Below, piece by piece: positions 54,401-60,469 of a stretch of DNA of 64,000 nt. The stretch is from NCBI GenBank assembly GCA_976551045.1, contig CDPCPM010000604.1, positions 1,364,001-1,428,000 of the forward strand, given 5' to 3'. The position numbers and the translations under genes were made by a program. A model generated the notes under the pieces. The model had not been told where the DNA came from and ran no database searches. It saw only the letters and a program-made list of their open reading frames with translations. The first letter of the stretch is position 1; each line of letters starts with the position of its first letter. The stretch comes from Glaucostegus cemiculus (taxonomy: Eukaryota).

Positions 54401-54709
54401 TATGGTGTGAACATTGAACGGTGGCCCATTCTCCGCTCACCTGAAGCAGGTCTGGATTTCAGGAGGAAGGCAGAGGGTTGAACTGGTACTCACGTCTATT
54501 CCTGGAAGTCCTGGCAGGCCTGGGACTCCAGAAGGTCCTGGGTCTCCAGGTTCACCTGGAAAGCCCTAGAAGAAAATCAAAGTGACAGGTCACCCCGTAA
54601 AATGGTGGATGTCATTCGGCAAATCTCCACAGAGAAACTCTCCAAATTGTTCTAATTTATGTCATCAACTTACCGGTGGACCTGGTAAGCCTGGTGGACC
54701 AGGTTCGCC
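2204..54709 (-). CDS. COL9A3: Collagen alpha-3(IX)-like gene (FACIT), partial: 21 exons equivalent to COL9A3 exons 3-23 (COL3, NC3, most of COL2); 1104 nt / 368 aa
   Basis: Manually read Gly-X-Y exons, all AG/GT bounded and phase 0. Sizes 36,72,54,45,48,54,54,45,57,54x8,45,54,54,54 match the COL9A3 pattern except exons 6, 7 and 10. Diagnostic peptides: CPAMCPAGPAGPPGMPGFK, GPRGLRG, GRNGAPGEKGP, RGFQ. Ortholog versus paralog is unresolved. Confidence 0.88.
2820..3235 (+). mobile_element. CR1/HER1 LINE 3' end with a 46-bp tandem duplication (3112-3203)
   Basis: GERFNRDLRGNFFTQRAVGVWNEL; cttagatgggaatgttggtcagcatggaccagttgggttgaagggc x2. Confidence 0.85.
5355..5863 (+). mobile_element. CR1/HER1 LINE 3' end, young
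   Basis: Uninterrupted ORF2 C-terminus (VQRRFTRLIPG...FFSQRVVNLWNALP), 3' UTR and (ctattgt)n tail. Confidence 0.92.
6610..7126 (+). mobile_element. CR1/HER1 LINE 3' end inserted into a Deu-SINE remnant
   Basis: YCMQFW...RFTRMLPGL; gggctgaagggcctgtt and gttctat tail. Confidence 0.85.
9488..9925 (+). mobile_element. CR1/HER1 LINE 3' end
   Basis: LGLYSLEHRRLRGDLNEVY...FFTQRVVRIWNELP; gggccgaagggcctgtt. Confidence 0.88.
11220..11450 (+). mobile_element. 3' end of an older LINE family (CR1/L2 group); related copies near 18150-18530(+), 41480-41660(+), 48190-48690(-), 59610-60310(-), 62170-62350(-)
   Basis: Recurrent tcctggaactccctccc...caccaccttctcaagggca...ggatgg.caataaatgctgg motif seen several times in the window. 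Confidence 0.6.
12430..12483 (-). CDS. COL9A3: exon 22 equivalent (54 nt) GELGDSGDMGERGPRGAD
   Basis: Acceptor ttcacttcacag, donor GTAAGT. Confidence 0.9.
12880..13550 (-). mobile_element. Penelope-like fragment (endonuclease C-terminus remnant plus terminal repeat pieces)
   Basis: Minus strand about 13170-13290 reads LEEQHLIFQLGTL*PSGLSIKFSNFR*; flanking cagatgctgcctgac-type repeats. Confidence 0.65.
13705..13758 (-). CDS. COL9A3: exon 21 equivalent (54 nt) GSRGPMGAPGPQGPPGSV
   Basis: Acceptor ccccacacag, donor GTAAGT. Confidence 0.9.
13907..14228. repeat. Minisatellite, unit about 26-28 bp (cccagacccagtacaggtgtacctgg)
   Basis: About 11-12 degenerate copies; a related unit lies at about 12550-12582. 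Confidence 0.9.
14912..15255. repeat. Minisatellite 43 bp x 8
   Basis: gtgtcgtgcactggtggtgttattgaccgtgtcgtgcaaggct, near-perfect, ending 6 bp from exon 20. Confidence 0.95.
15262..15306 (-). CDS. COL9A3: exon 20 equivalent (45 nt) GLPGKPGHKGAGGEQ
   Basis: Acceptor ttttttaacctcag, donor GTGAGC; 45-nt size as expected. Confidence 0.92.
15575..15945 (+). mobile_element. Rex1/Babar LINE 3' end
   Basis: DPHHPGCALSSMLPSGRRYRSLK followed by an AT-rich UTR ending aataaacttgaac. Confidence 0.75.
16183..18006 (-). mobile_element. Penelope-like element (decayed RT plus GIY-YIG endonuclease) with inverted terminal repeats
   Basis: 16651-16923(-) reads VGETKCRLRNRFAKRLRSV...HFN...KLEEQSLIFHLGSLQPKG; RT-like DDCIGAASCTRAEL...FHPALKFTW near 17570-17680(-); about 16183-16310 is an inverted copy of about 17870-18006. 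Confidence 0.85.
18965..19107 (+). mobile_element. Penelope-derived terminal repeat (short non-autonomous copy)
   Basis: gaagggtctcgacctgaaacatcgactgt...cagatgctgcctgacctgccgagttcctccagc. Confidence 0.75.
19870..20291. repeat. Minisatellite with a 40-bp monomer organised as an 80-bp dimer
   Basis: gtgtgctcta/atgtgctcta recurs every 40 bp; near-identity at 80-bp period (19991, 20071, 20151, 20231). Confidence 0.9.
20343..20396 (-). CDS. COL9A3: exon 19 equivalent (54 nt) GDPGRNGAPGEKGPVGQP
   Basis: Acceptor ttcttgtgttacag, donor GTGAGT; GRNGAPGEKGP is the same as human. Confidence 0.94.
20529..20582 (-). CDS. COL9A3: exon 18 equivalent (54 nt) GIPGRDGRDGNPGTNGEK
   Basis: Acceptor tatttcag, donor GTAAGG. 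Confidence 0.92.
20846..21253. mobile_element. Solo LTR copy 1 (408 bp), 5-bp TSD CAGAC
   Basis: TGTCA...TGACA termini, CAGAC on both sides, about 95% identical by eye to 49002-49410. Confidence 0.85.
22389..22442 (-). CDS. COL9A3: exon 17 equivalent (54 nt) GKIGPRGLPGVAGQKGGP
   Basis: Acceptor tcttgttacag, donor GTAAGT. Confidence 0.92.
22520..22890 (+). mobile_element. Rex1/Babar LINE 3' end
   Basis: VVDTAQHITETSLPSMDSVYTSHCLGKAASIIKDPTYPGHSLL...RLKDSFYPTVIRLLN. Confidence 0.85.
22890..23215 (-). mobile_element. Probable L1/Tx1-type 3' UTR (AT-rich) truncating the Rex1 UTR
   Basis: Minus strand is T-rich and ends aataaaaagtttgaaaaagaaag. Confidence 0.4.
23405..23830 (+). mobile_element. 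SacSINE1/Deu-SINE-like remnant; others near 1850-2100, 8070-8625, 26880-27110, 45240-45330, 46960-47090, 52020-52190, 52740-53150(-), 54280-54410
   Basis: gagtcaggaagttctgggttcaagtcccac head here; Deu-like ttatctggtc...gtggg.gcttgctgtg...ttcattggctg motifs in sister copies; assignment from recalled consensus. Confidence 0.55.
23855..24250 (+). mobile_element. V-SINE (HE1-like tRNA-derived SINE)
   Basis: A/B-box head, V domain ggagtttgcacgttctcccc...ggtttcctcccacatcccaaag. Confidence 0.85.
24426..24479 (-). CDS. COL9A3: exon 16 equivalent (54 nt) GDAGPKGHIGFPGTKGSR
   Basis: Acceptor ttgattccag, donor GTAAGT. Confidence 0.92.
25813..26136. other. Assembly gap (324 N) in intron 15
   Basis: Run of n. 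Confidence 1.
27110..27650 (-). mobile_element. CR1 LINE fragment, decayed
   Basis: ggcagagaattccagaggttcacc, cttctaaactcc, agtactccaggtgtggcctcacc (reverse complement of VRPHLEY). Confidence 0.75.
27653..27890 (+). mobile_element. V-SINE (HE1-like)
   Basis: gggcggcacagcagtgtagcggttag...ggttcaattccc...ggagtttgtacgttctccc. Confidence 0.88.
28387..28440 (-). CDS. COL9A3: exon 15 equivalent (54 nt) GLIGFPGPAGPPGPPGKA
   Basis: Acceptor ttctcccgcag, donor GTAAGT. Confidence 0.93.
29285..29338 (-). CDS. COL9A3: exon 14 equivalent (54 nt) GPRGLRGPLGKPGPAGDR
   Basis: Acceptor ttcactccgcag, donor GTGAGT; GPRGLRG...GDR as in human. Confidence 0.93.
29508..30175 (-). mobile_element. CR1/HER1 LINE 3' fragment
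   Basis: MLQLYQMLVRPHLEHCAQFW...; RDLRGNLLTQRVVGTWNELP. Confidence 0.9.
31085..31305. mobile_element. Penelope-derived fold-back (inverted) element nested in a SINE remnant
   Basis: Inverted gcagcatctgtgg-type and cacagatactgcc arms; minus strand has ctgatgaagagtcttcaacctgaaag. Confidence 0.65.
31945..32192 (+). mobile_element. V-SINE (HE1-like), full length and young
   Basis: CpG-rich tRNA head, V domain, CR1-derived tail gggccgaaagggcctgtt, A-rich end. Confidence 0.92.
32520..33290 (-). mobile_element. CR1/HER1 LINE fragment with a nested 5'-truncated V-SINE (about 32735-32831, +)
   Basis: QVDRAVKKAFGTPAFISQGTEYRSREV; nested gacgtatgggtaggttaatttgggg...cgctgtaaataaaaaa. Confidence 0.85.
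33670..34060 (+). mobile_element. CR1/HER1 LINE 3' end
   Basis: PRVGESKTRGRRFKVRGERLKGNLRGKF; gggccgaagggcc tail. Confidence 0.85.
34277..34330 (-). CDS. COL9A3: exon 13 equivalent (54 nt) GDPGHPGVPGFPGPVGLQ
   Basis: Acceptor aatttcag, donor GTAGGA; GDPG...VGLQ as in human. Confidence 0.93.
34434..34735 (+). mobile_element. V-SINE (HE1-like)
   Basis: gctgcctcactgctccaggg...gtggagtttgcgcgctctccc...ggtttccccccgcatccca. Confidence 0.82.
35050..35103 (-). CDS. COL9A3: exon 12 equivalent (54 nt) GHTGHKGERGEPGKIGAK
   Basis: Acceptor ctcttcccttccag, donor GTAACT. Confidence 0.93.
35640..36475. repeat. (CA)n-based compound micro/minisatellite, unit (ca)n-gcagtgtt
   Basis: Many cacacagcagtgttca units with variable CA tracts; agagcaggatttac variant at the right end. 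Confidence 0.95.
36628..36684 (-). CDS. COL9A3: exon 11 equivalent (57 nt) CPAMCPAGPAGPPGMPGFK (NC3 cysteines, COL2 start)
   Basis: Acceptor ctctctgcag, donor GTGAGC; CPxxCP motif of collagen IX NC3. Confidence 0.95.
37494..38030 (+). mobile_element. V-SINE interrupted by a Penelope-derived fold-back element (37738-37945)
   Basis: V domain at about 37565-37645; insert flanked by tgagaataaaa / tgagaacaaaa (candidate TSD). Confidence 0.85.
37806..37841 (-). ncRNA. Minimal type-I hammerhead-ribozyme-like motif in a Penelope terminal repeat
   Basis: Minus strand: GUC-CUGAUGA-A-GGGU-UUUG-ACUC-GAAAC-GUU-GAC (conserved core, stem II, short stem I). Confidence 0.55.
38215..38810 (+). mobile_element. 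CR1 LINE 3' fragment, old
   Basis: gtatgttggcctttata, catctggaacattgtggacagttttggtc, cctgcttccatatcttatgttctta tail. Confidence 0.7.
38939..38983 (-). CDS. COL9A3: exon 10 equivalent (45 nt) GEPGLYTGEGSGDFS, first half of NC3
   Basis: Acceptor tttctttcacctcctag, donor GTAAGT; in frame; positionally equals human GHPGVLPEGATDLQ. Confidence 0.88.
39325..39650 (-). mobile_element. CR1/HER1 LINE 3' end
   Basis: aaacaggcccttcggcccaac...ttgcccctcaggtcccttttaaatc. Confidence 0.85.
40437..40490 (-). CDS. COL9A3: exon 9 equivalent (54 nt) GEDGLPGLPGPPGPPGPP
   Basis: Acceptor tcctctcag, donor GTAGGT; matches human GPSGLPGLPGPPGPPGPP. Confidence 0.93.
41746..41799 (-). CDS. COL9A3: exon 8 equivalent (54 nt) GPQGDIGLEGPQGPSGPR
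   Basis: Acceptor cttctccag, donor GTAAGT. Confidence 0.92.
41915..42582. repeat. 15-bp minisatellite (gcgctgacc-cacagt/cccggt/aacagt/cctggc)
   Basis: About 44 units sharing a ctgacc core with interspersed variants. Confidence 0.95.
42965..43550 (+). mobile_element. Penelope-like remnants (endonuclease C-terminus plus inverted terminal repeats)
   Basis: gaggaacaacacctcaccctctgtctgggc (EEQHL.F.LG-like); inverted tgctggaggaactcag...cctgcatcaggac; ccacagacgctgcctgacctgctgag. Confidence 0.6.
44083..44428. repeat. 12-bp purine repeat (GAGATTGAGRGA)n
   Basis: Blocks of gagattgaggga / gagattgagaga running into the gap. Confidence 0.95.
44429..44633. other. Assembly gap (205 N) in intron 7
   Basis: Run of n. 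Confidence 1.
44810..44857 (-). CDS. COL9A3: exon 7 equivalent (48 nt) SEEPGETGPFGEIGPP
   Basis: Acceptor ttttcctccctcag, donor GTAAGT; downstream tandem AGs would give 44 or 42 nt alternatives. Confidence 0.8.
45322..46552. repeat. G-rich minisatellite (about 31-34-bp monomer, alternating dimer) interrupted by a Tx1 insertion
   Basis: gtactgagggag-ggtcacacgatgggaggggca / gtactgagggag-tgtcactgtgtggggggg units. Confidence 0.92.
45847..46196 (+). mobile_element. L1-clade Tx1-like LINE 3' end (5'-truncated)
   Basis: CLPVFRAYVHARVSLEREHAVSAGTLVEFRVRWAP...stop, T-rich UTR, AATAAA, poly(A), candidate TSD gggtggg. Confidence 0.75.
46824..46868 (-). CDS. COL9A3: exon 6 equivalent (45 nt) GDPGPPGLPGADLLV
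   Basis: Acceptor tttcttggcag, donor GTGAGT; four Gly-X-Y triplets plus LLV; no GT at the canonical 36-nt position. Confidence 0.82.
47780..48085 (-). mobile_element. CR1/HER1 LINE 3' end
   Basis: RGRNYKVIGGRYKGDVGGKFF; (agaacat)n tail. Confidence 0.85.
48900..49615 (+). mobile_element. Rex1/Babar 3' end split by solo LTR copy 2
   Basis: cttaaggacagcttctaccccactgtgataagacta before the LTR; cttgcaccttattgcactgcact...gacaataataaaccaat after it. Confidence 0.8.
49002..49410. mobile_element. Solo LTR copy 2 (409 bp), 5-bp TSD CTTGC
   Basis: TGTCA...TGACA termini, CTTGC on both sides, same orientation as copy 1. Confidence 0.85.
49959..50012 (-). CDS. COL9A3: exon 5 equivalent (54 nt) GLPGPDGPPGADGFRGER
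   Basis: Acceptor tttttctctccgcag, donor GTAAGT. Confidence 0.93.
50075..50470 (+). mobile_element. V-SINE (HE1-like) with a nested CR1-tail fragment
   Basis: V domain at about 50140-50220; gggctgaagggcctgtattgtgctgta insert. Confidence 0.8.
50615..50783 (+). mobile_element. CR1 3' end, same subfamily as 58431-59343
   Basis: gtctttcaagag...gataggtacatggag...gggcctgaattgtgctgtagg...tctatgttctatg. Confidence 0.8.
51005..51368 (+). mobile_element. CR1/HER1 LINE 3' end, tail-to-tail with the next copy
   Basis: KGLDRVDVERMFP...FFSQRAVNLWNPLP. Confidence 0.9.
51368..51665 (-). mobile_element. CR1/HER1 LINE 3' end
   Basis: catggaaacaagcccttcagcccaa...ctctagttcttgattccccaaccctgggg. Confidence 0.82.
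54494..54565 (-). CDS. COL9A3: exon 4 equivalent (72 nt) GFPGEPGDPGPSGVPGLPGLPGID
   Basis: Acceptor tttcttctag, donor GTGAGT; 72 nt is the alpha-3-type size; ends GLPGLPGID. Confidence 0.93.
54674..54709 (-). CDS. COL9A3: COL9A3-like exon 3 equivalent (36 nt) GEPGPPGLPGPP
   Basis: Acceptor ttttaacag, donor GTAAGT; matches human GEAGPPGLPGPP. Confidence 0.93.
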
Positions 54710-55084
54710 CTGTTAAAAGCAAAGGAGATAACTATTAGTTATACTTGGAAGTAACCGATCGCACTCCATGTCATTTGGTTTTACAGAGAAGACAGAGGAG
54801 AGGAACAGGCCACTTGATCCAACTGGGGTTTACGCTCCGCATGTATCAACTTCTGGTTTCTGGAATAATTTGCAATGAATTACTACTGACAATAAATAAT
54901 TCTCTACATGTTCCTTTGCCACTTCTGCTTTCACTAATCGGGACTCCCCCCCCGAATTGCCCAGTTGCACCACTAACTGGTTTATTCTGCCTCATATCCT
55001 CAACAAGTGCAATAGGTCACTGGTCTTTGTTCAAACGTCAAGTCGTAACGCTGTCCTCTTCAAGCAAACTTTGTGGATCCCCAT

Positions 55085-55480
55085 GGCCCTCACCTCTCTT
55101 ATCTTTCAAAAATGTGTCTCATTCCTCTTTAAATCTCCTCAGTGATCCAGCCTCCACCACCTTCTGGAGTGGAGAACTCTGGACTGACCCACTCTAATCT
55201 TGCAACTACATTTTCTCATTCAAGACTCTCCCACTAGTGGAAACACCTCAACACCCACCCTGTCACACTCCCTTAGCATTTTCATGTTTCATTAAGACCA
55301 TCCCTCATTCTTCTAAACTCCTAAGAATATGGATCTAATTTCTTGAGTCCTGTGCGATGGACAATTCTCCCATCCCTGGTAATAGCTGAGTGAATCTCTG
55401 CTGGACTGTCTTCAATGCCTGTATATCCTTTCTTAAATAAGGGGGCCAAAGCTGTGCACAGTACTCCAGGTGTGGCCTCA
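55085..55480 (-). mobile_element. CR1 LINE fragment, old
   Basis: cattcttctaaactcc, gcacagtactccaggtgtggcctcac. Confidence 0.7.
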
Positions 55481-55894
55481 CACCGATCAAACGGTTGACC
55501 AACACACAGTTACAGCCTTCTCATTTGTGAGTCAGGCAGACTCAGAACTGAGAAGGAAGTTATGAGTCAACCACTCAGAACTGTTGGCAGTCAGGGACAG
55601 ACAATGATAACTGGCGTGCCAGTGATGTCCAAACTCTAAATAACAATAAGGACAGCAAAAAACAACTTTGTTGGTATTGGAATGTGCTAAAGTTATGAAA
55701 TCTTTCACTATCTTCCTCCATCTCTGGAGAACAGGGCATAGAACAACTTGAACCTTCATTTATGAGCAGTTTCAAACACAGACAACAGCTTAATTATATC
55801 TCAAGTACCTCAAGTTGTTTCACAGAAGTCAGCGTCAAATAACTTTGACCTTGAGCTACGTAGGAGATGTTAGGGATGAACAGACAAAATCTTA

Positions 55895-56310
55895 GACTCA
55901 TAGAATAATACAGCATAGATACAGGCCCTTTGACCCGACCCGTCCATACCGACCAAGATGCCTGTCTGAGTTAGTCCCATTTCCCTGTGTTTGGTCCCTA
56001 TCCCTCTAAACCTTCCCTATCCACCTGCCTGTCTAAATGTCATTTAAACACTGTCATTGTACCTGCCTCTACCACTTCCTCTGGCAGCTCATTCCAAGTA
56101 CCTACCACTCTCTGTGTGGAAAACTTACCCCTCACATCATTCCCTCTCACCTTAAATCTATGCCCTCTAGATTTAAACTCCCATTCCCTGGGAAAATGCT
56201 GTGACTATCAACTGAATCTATGCCCCTCATGATTTATAAACGTCTGTAAGGTCACCCCCGAGCCTACTTCACTCCAGGGAAAACAGTTCCAGCCTGTCCA
56301 GTCTCTCCTT
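55895..56310 (-). mobile_element. CR1/HER1 LINE 3' end
   Basis: acaggccctttgacccg...ctaccacttcctctggcagctcattcca. Confidence 0.85.
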
Positions 56311-57051
56311 AGTCGCGGTGACATCCTTTAACTTGGGCTTAAACATGAAGCATGAGAACAAGGGACAACTCAATGACACCAGGAACATCTGCACCCATGT
56401 GTGAGTCACTGCCCATCCCCCACAAACCACGGATGGAAGGTCCTTATCCCAGCATATCTCTGCTGGTCCTTTGCCAAGGTACTGAACAGTAAACCCATTG
56501 CCATGCGCTCCCTCTAGAGCAGACAGTTACGAACCAACTGAGCATTCGTGATCCTAGATAATTCTTCCGCTTGCTGTTGTCCAGAACCTGACCTGGTTCC
56601 AGTACGGTCCTGAGCCAGTAGTGAGGTATCGGCAATGAGCAGAGGCTGTTTCCGCACAGGTAACTCCTTGTAGCAGTGGAAAGGCAGGTATCAGTGGTGG
56701 AGCAGCATGTCCGAGCTCCCCCCTCTACTCTTCCGCAAGAACTTCCCCACCCACGTGTCAGGTAACAGAAAGGTGAGGGGGGAGCAACAGACTCCCCGCA
56801 CCCATTTCCCTCCACCCAAGAAGGCAGTGTTGGGGAAGAAGGTGAGAGGGTGAGGATTAGCCCAAGCACTGGGTGGACCTACTGCTGGTCACTCCTTGGA
56901 CTGCACTGTGTCCCTTACATCTGGCACATGCTGGGCAGGGAGGGAAGGAAGGGAGGAAAGGATAAATGAAGAGGAGACAAAGAATTGAGCCAATGAGGTA
57001 CCATCGTGAGGTACAAAACTTCTGCATAGCAAGATCCCACACCCAGTAATC

Positions 57052-57520
57052 AGGGAGTTGTGGACATGGCTCAGCACATCACAGAAACCAGCCTCCCCTC
57101 CATGGACTCTGTCTACACTTCTCGCTGCCTCAGTAAAGCAGCCAGCATAATCAAAGACCCCACCCACCCCGGACATTCTCTCTTCTCCCCCCTCCCATTG
57201 GGCAGAAGATACAAAAGCCTGAAAGCACGTACCCCCAGATTCAAGGACAGCTCCTATCCCGCCATTATAGGACTATTGAATGGTTCCCTAGTACAATAAA
57301 CTGAACTCTTGACCTCACGTTCTAACTTGTTATGGCCCTTGCACCTTATTGTCTGCCTGCACTGCACTTTCTCTGTAACTGTAACACTTTATTCTGCATT
57401 CTGTTATTGTTTTCCCCTGTACTGCCTCAATGTACTGATGCTGTGAAATGATCTGCGTGGATGGCATGCAAAACAAAGTTTTTCTCTGTACCTTGGTACG
57501 TGTGACAATAATAAACCAGT
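57052..57520 (+). mobile_element. Rex1/Babar LINE 3' end with UTR
   Basis: DPTHPGHSLFSPLPLGRRYKSLKART...; sister copy of 22520-22890. Confidence 0.88.
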
Positions 57521-58064
57521 TTACCGGTTTAGTTTCTCTCTCCACACACGGCCTGATCTACTGAGTTTCCTGCCTTTACATGTGGCCGTGTGCCAGTGCT
57601 CAGGTCGTCTGCTTCAGTGTGAGGGAAACCCACCTGTCATCCTCAGTTACACTTCCATTCTAATCACGTGATTGGGAGTATTCAGCTCTGTGGAAACACT
57701 GATGAAGATTTGATTTGATGTTCCCAAGGGAACAGTGAAGGAATCAACCACAGCCCAAGGGGAACTCCCGGAGAACCACGTGGCAGCTCTGGGAAGGCAG
57801 TTCCAGACTTTCACCTTGCCACAACCCTTTTCCAATGAGAAAGCGCTCGCTGGAATCACCCCTAAATGGCCAGGCTACAGTTTAAGATTCCGCCACCTTG
57901 TTCTGGACTCTCCACACCCTGGTGAACAGTCTCAGTCTGTCCATCGTACCATGTTAAACATCTCAAATATGTGCTCCCTCAATGTTGAGTACTCGAGGGG
58001 GTTATAAACCCAGTCTGTGCAGCCTGTCCTACAATCATTCATCTGTTAGAATTCTGGTGAATCT

Positions 58065-58385
58065 GCACTGCATCTGCCTCACAGCTCCAGTGTCCCAGGT
58101 TTGATCCAGACCACTGGTGCTGATGGTGTGGAGTTTGCACGTTCTCCCTGTGACGGTGTGGGTTTCCCCCAGGTGCTCTGGTTTCCTCCCACATCCCAAC
58201 AATACATGGGGTTAGTCGGTTAATTGGCCGCAGTAAATTACCCCTCACACACAGGTGGGTGGTGGGAGAATCGGGGGGCAGCTGATGGGCACATGAGAAC
58301 AAATAGATTACAGGGACATAGTGGGGTGAAGGGATTGCTCTGAAAGCTGGCATTGACCTAATGGGCCAAATGGCCTTTTTCCACA
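58065..58385 (+). mobile_element. V-SINE (HE1-like)
   Basis: gtggagtttgcacgttctccctgtgac...ggtttcctcccacatccca. Confidence 0.82.
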
Positions 58386-58430
58386 TTGTCTGAGAATATA
58401 AAACACAAAACTTGGGTTTTGCCACATCTG

Positions 58431-59343
58431 TCTAGTAAGTTTGCTGATGACACGAAGGTTGGGGGAGTTGTGGATAGTTTGGAGGGCTGTCAGAGGCTAC
58501 AGAGGGACATAGATAGGATGCAGAGTTGGGCTGAGAAATGGCAGATGGAGTTCAACCCGGATAAATGTGAAGTGGTTCATTTTGGTAGGTTGGCGGAATA
58601 TAGAATTAACGGTAAGACTCTTGGCAGTGTGGAGGATCAGAGGGATCTTGGGGTCCAAGTCCATAGGACACGCAAGACACTCAAGGTGACTGCGCAGGTT
58701 GACTCTGTGGTTAGGAAGGCGTATGGTGTATTGTCCTTCATTGGTCGAGGGATTGAGTTTAGGAGTAGGGAGGTACTGCTTCAGTTGTATAGGTCCCTGG
58801 TCAGACCCCACCTGGAGTATTGTGTTCAGTTCTGGTCGCCTCACTACAGGAAGGATGTGGAAGCTATAGAGAGGCTGCAGGGGAGGTTTACGAGGATGCT
58901 GCCTGGGATGAGGAGCATGCCTTATGAGAGCAGGTTGTGGGAACTCAGCCTTTTCTCCTTGGAGAGGAGGAGGATGAGGGGGGACCTGATTGAGGTATAT
59001 AAGATGATGAGAGGTATTGATAGGGTAGATAGTCAGAGGCTTTTCCCCAGGGCCGAAATGGTGGCCACAAGAGGACATAGGTTTAAGGTGCTGGGGGGAA
59101 GATATAGGGGAGATGTCAGGGGTAAGTTTTTTACTCAGAGAGTGGTGAGTGCGTGGAATGGGCTGCCGGAGATGGTGGTGGAAGCGGATACGTTAGGGTC
59201 TTTCAAGAGACTGTTGGATAGGTACATGGAGGTAAGTAAGATAGAAGGTTATGGGTAAGCCTAATAGTGTGGGGACATGTTCGGCACAGCTTTGTGGGCC
59301 GAAGGGCCTGAATTGTGCTGTAGGTTTCTATGTTCTATGTCTA
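58431..59343 (+). mobile_element. CR1/HER1 LINE, 5'-truncated, with an open ORF2 C-terminus (RT FADD motif)
   Basis: SKFADDTKVGG...WQMEFNPDKC...LVRPHLEYCVQFW...; no stops to 59258; (tctatgt)n tail. Confidence 0.95.
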
Positions 59344-60469
59344 ACCATAATAAAACTTCTGCCTCTTTGCATTCCATCCCTCTCAGGTTAAGACCAATGT
59401 TTCCTTAAACTTTTAAGTCACCTTTACTTTAAGAGCATAGCAGTGTCAGAGTGCACAGATTCCTACTGTACATGGCTCCCTATTTTATGTAAAGACACTA
59501 ACGTTTCATTTCAAAGCTCAAAATTCTGTTTGTTTAACAAGGTCTTAAATGGGCAAAAAATGAGTTAAACTCTGAGGTAAAACTGCTTTGCATGCCTTTT
59601 TAAACTTACGACCCGACCTGGGCATCGCTGGCAATGCCAGAATTTACTGCCCATCACTAATTGCCCTGGAGAAGGTGGGGAAGAGCTGCCTCCTTGAACC
59701 ACTGCAGTCCATCTAGTGAAGGTGCCCCCACAGTGCTGGCGGCGAGGGGGGTTCTGGGAGTTAGACCCCAATGCAATGAAGGAATGATGACATATTTCTG
59801 ATCAGAATGGTGTGTATGTTGGGTCAGGGCTGGGGCTCCTGCCTATCTGCTGCCCCTGTTGCACGAGGTGGACTTCACAAGTTTGAGTGACTCGAGCAGA
59901 GAAGCCTCGGCCTCAGGGAGAGGCCACAGTTCACCCTGTAGGTGGTCCACCCCACGGTGATGAAGGGGGGTGAGATTTTAGCACGATCCTGACATGATCC
60001 CGATGCACCTTCCCTCATCCTGACACGTGGAATGTATTCGACACACTCCTGACTTGTGCCTTGCGGAAGATGCAGAGGCTTTGGGGAGCCTGGGGCAGGG
60101 GCCTCACCCTGGGATATCCGGCCTCCGACCCTGGTCTAGCGGTGAGAACATTTATAGAGCTGATTTAGTGTGCGCCTGGTCAACAACGACCTCCAGGGAC
60201 CGGACGTTTGATGATGGTCACGGTGTTGAACATCAGCAGAAGCTGGTTGGACTTTCTCTTGCTCGAGACGAACATAGCCCAGCAACTGCCCGTCACAAAT
60301 ATTATTTGCATTCATGACAAATCATGGGTAAAATCACCATGAGGTATCCTACTCCAGCGTGACTCAGCCCGAGATTTCTACACCCACACTGTGCTGAGCA
60401 GGCAGCAGCAGGATGCTATGTGTCACATCATTGTGGCTTCAGGAGGATGTAACTAAATAGCTCAACAGC

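Noticed and set aside
2204-54709. Assignment to COL9A2 because of the GSxDF motif
   Set aside because: The 72-nt exon 4 and the COL2 peptides (GMPGFK, GPRGLRG, GRNGAPGEKGP, RGFQ) are alpha-3-type, not alpha-2-type.
58386-59258. 290-aa ORF as a host gene
   Set aside because: It is CR1 ORF2 C-terminus with the LINE UTR and tail; its start lies in flanking sequence.
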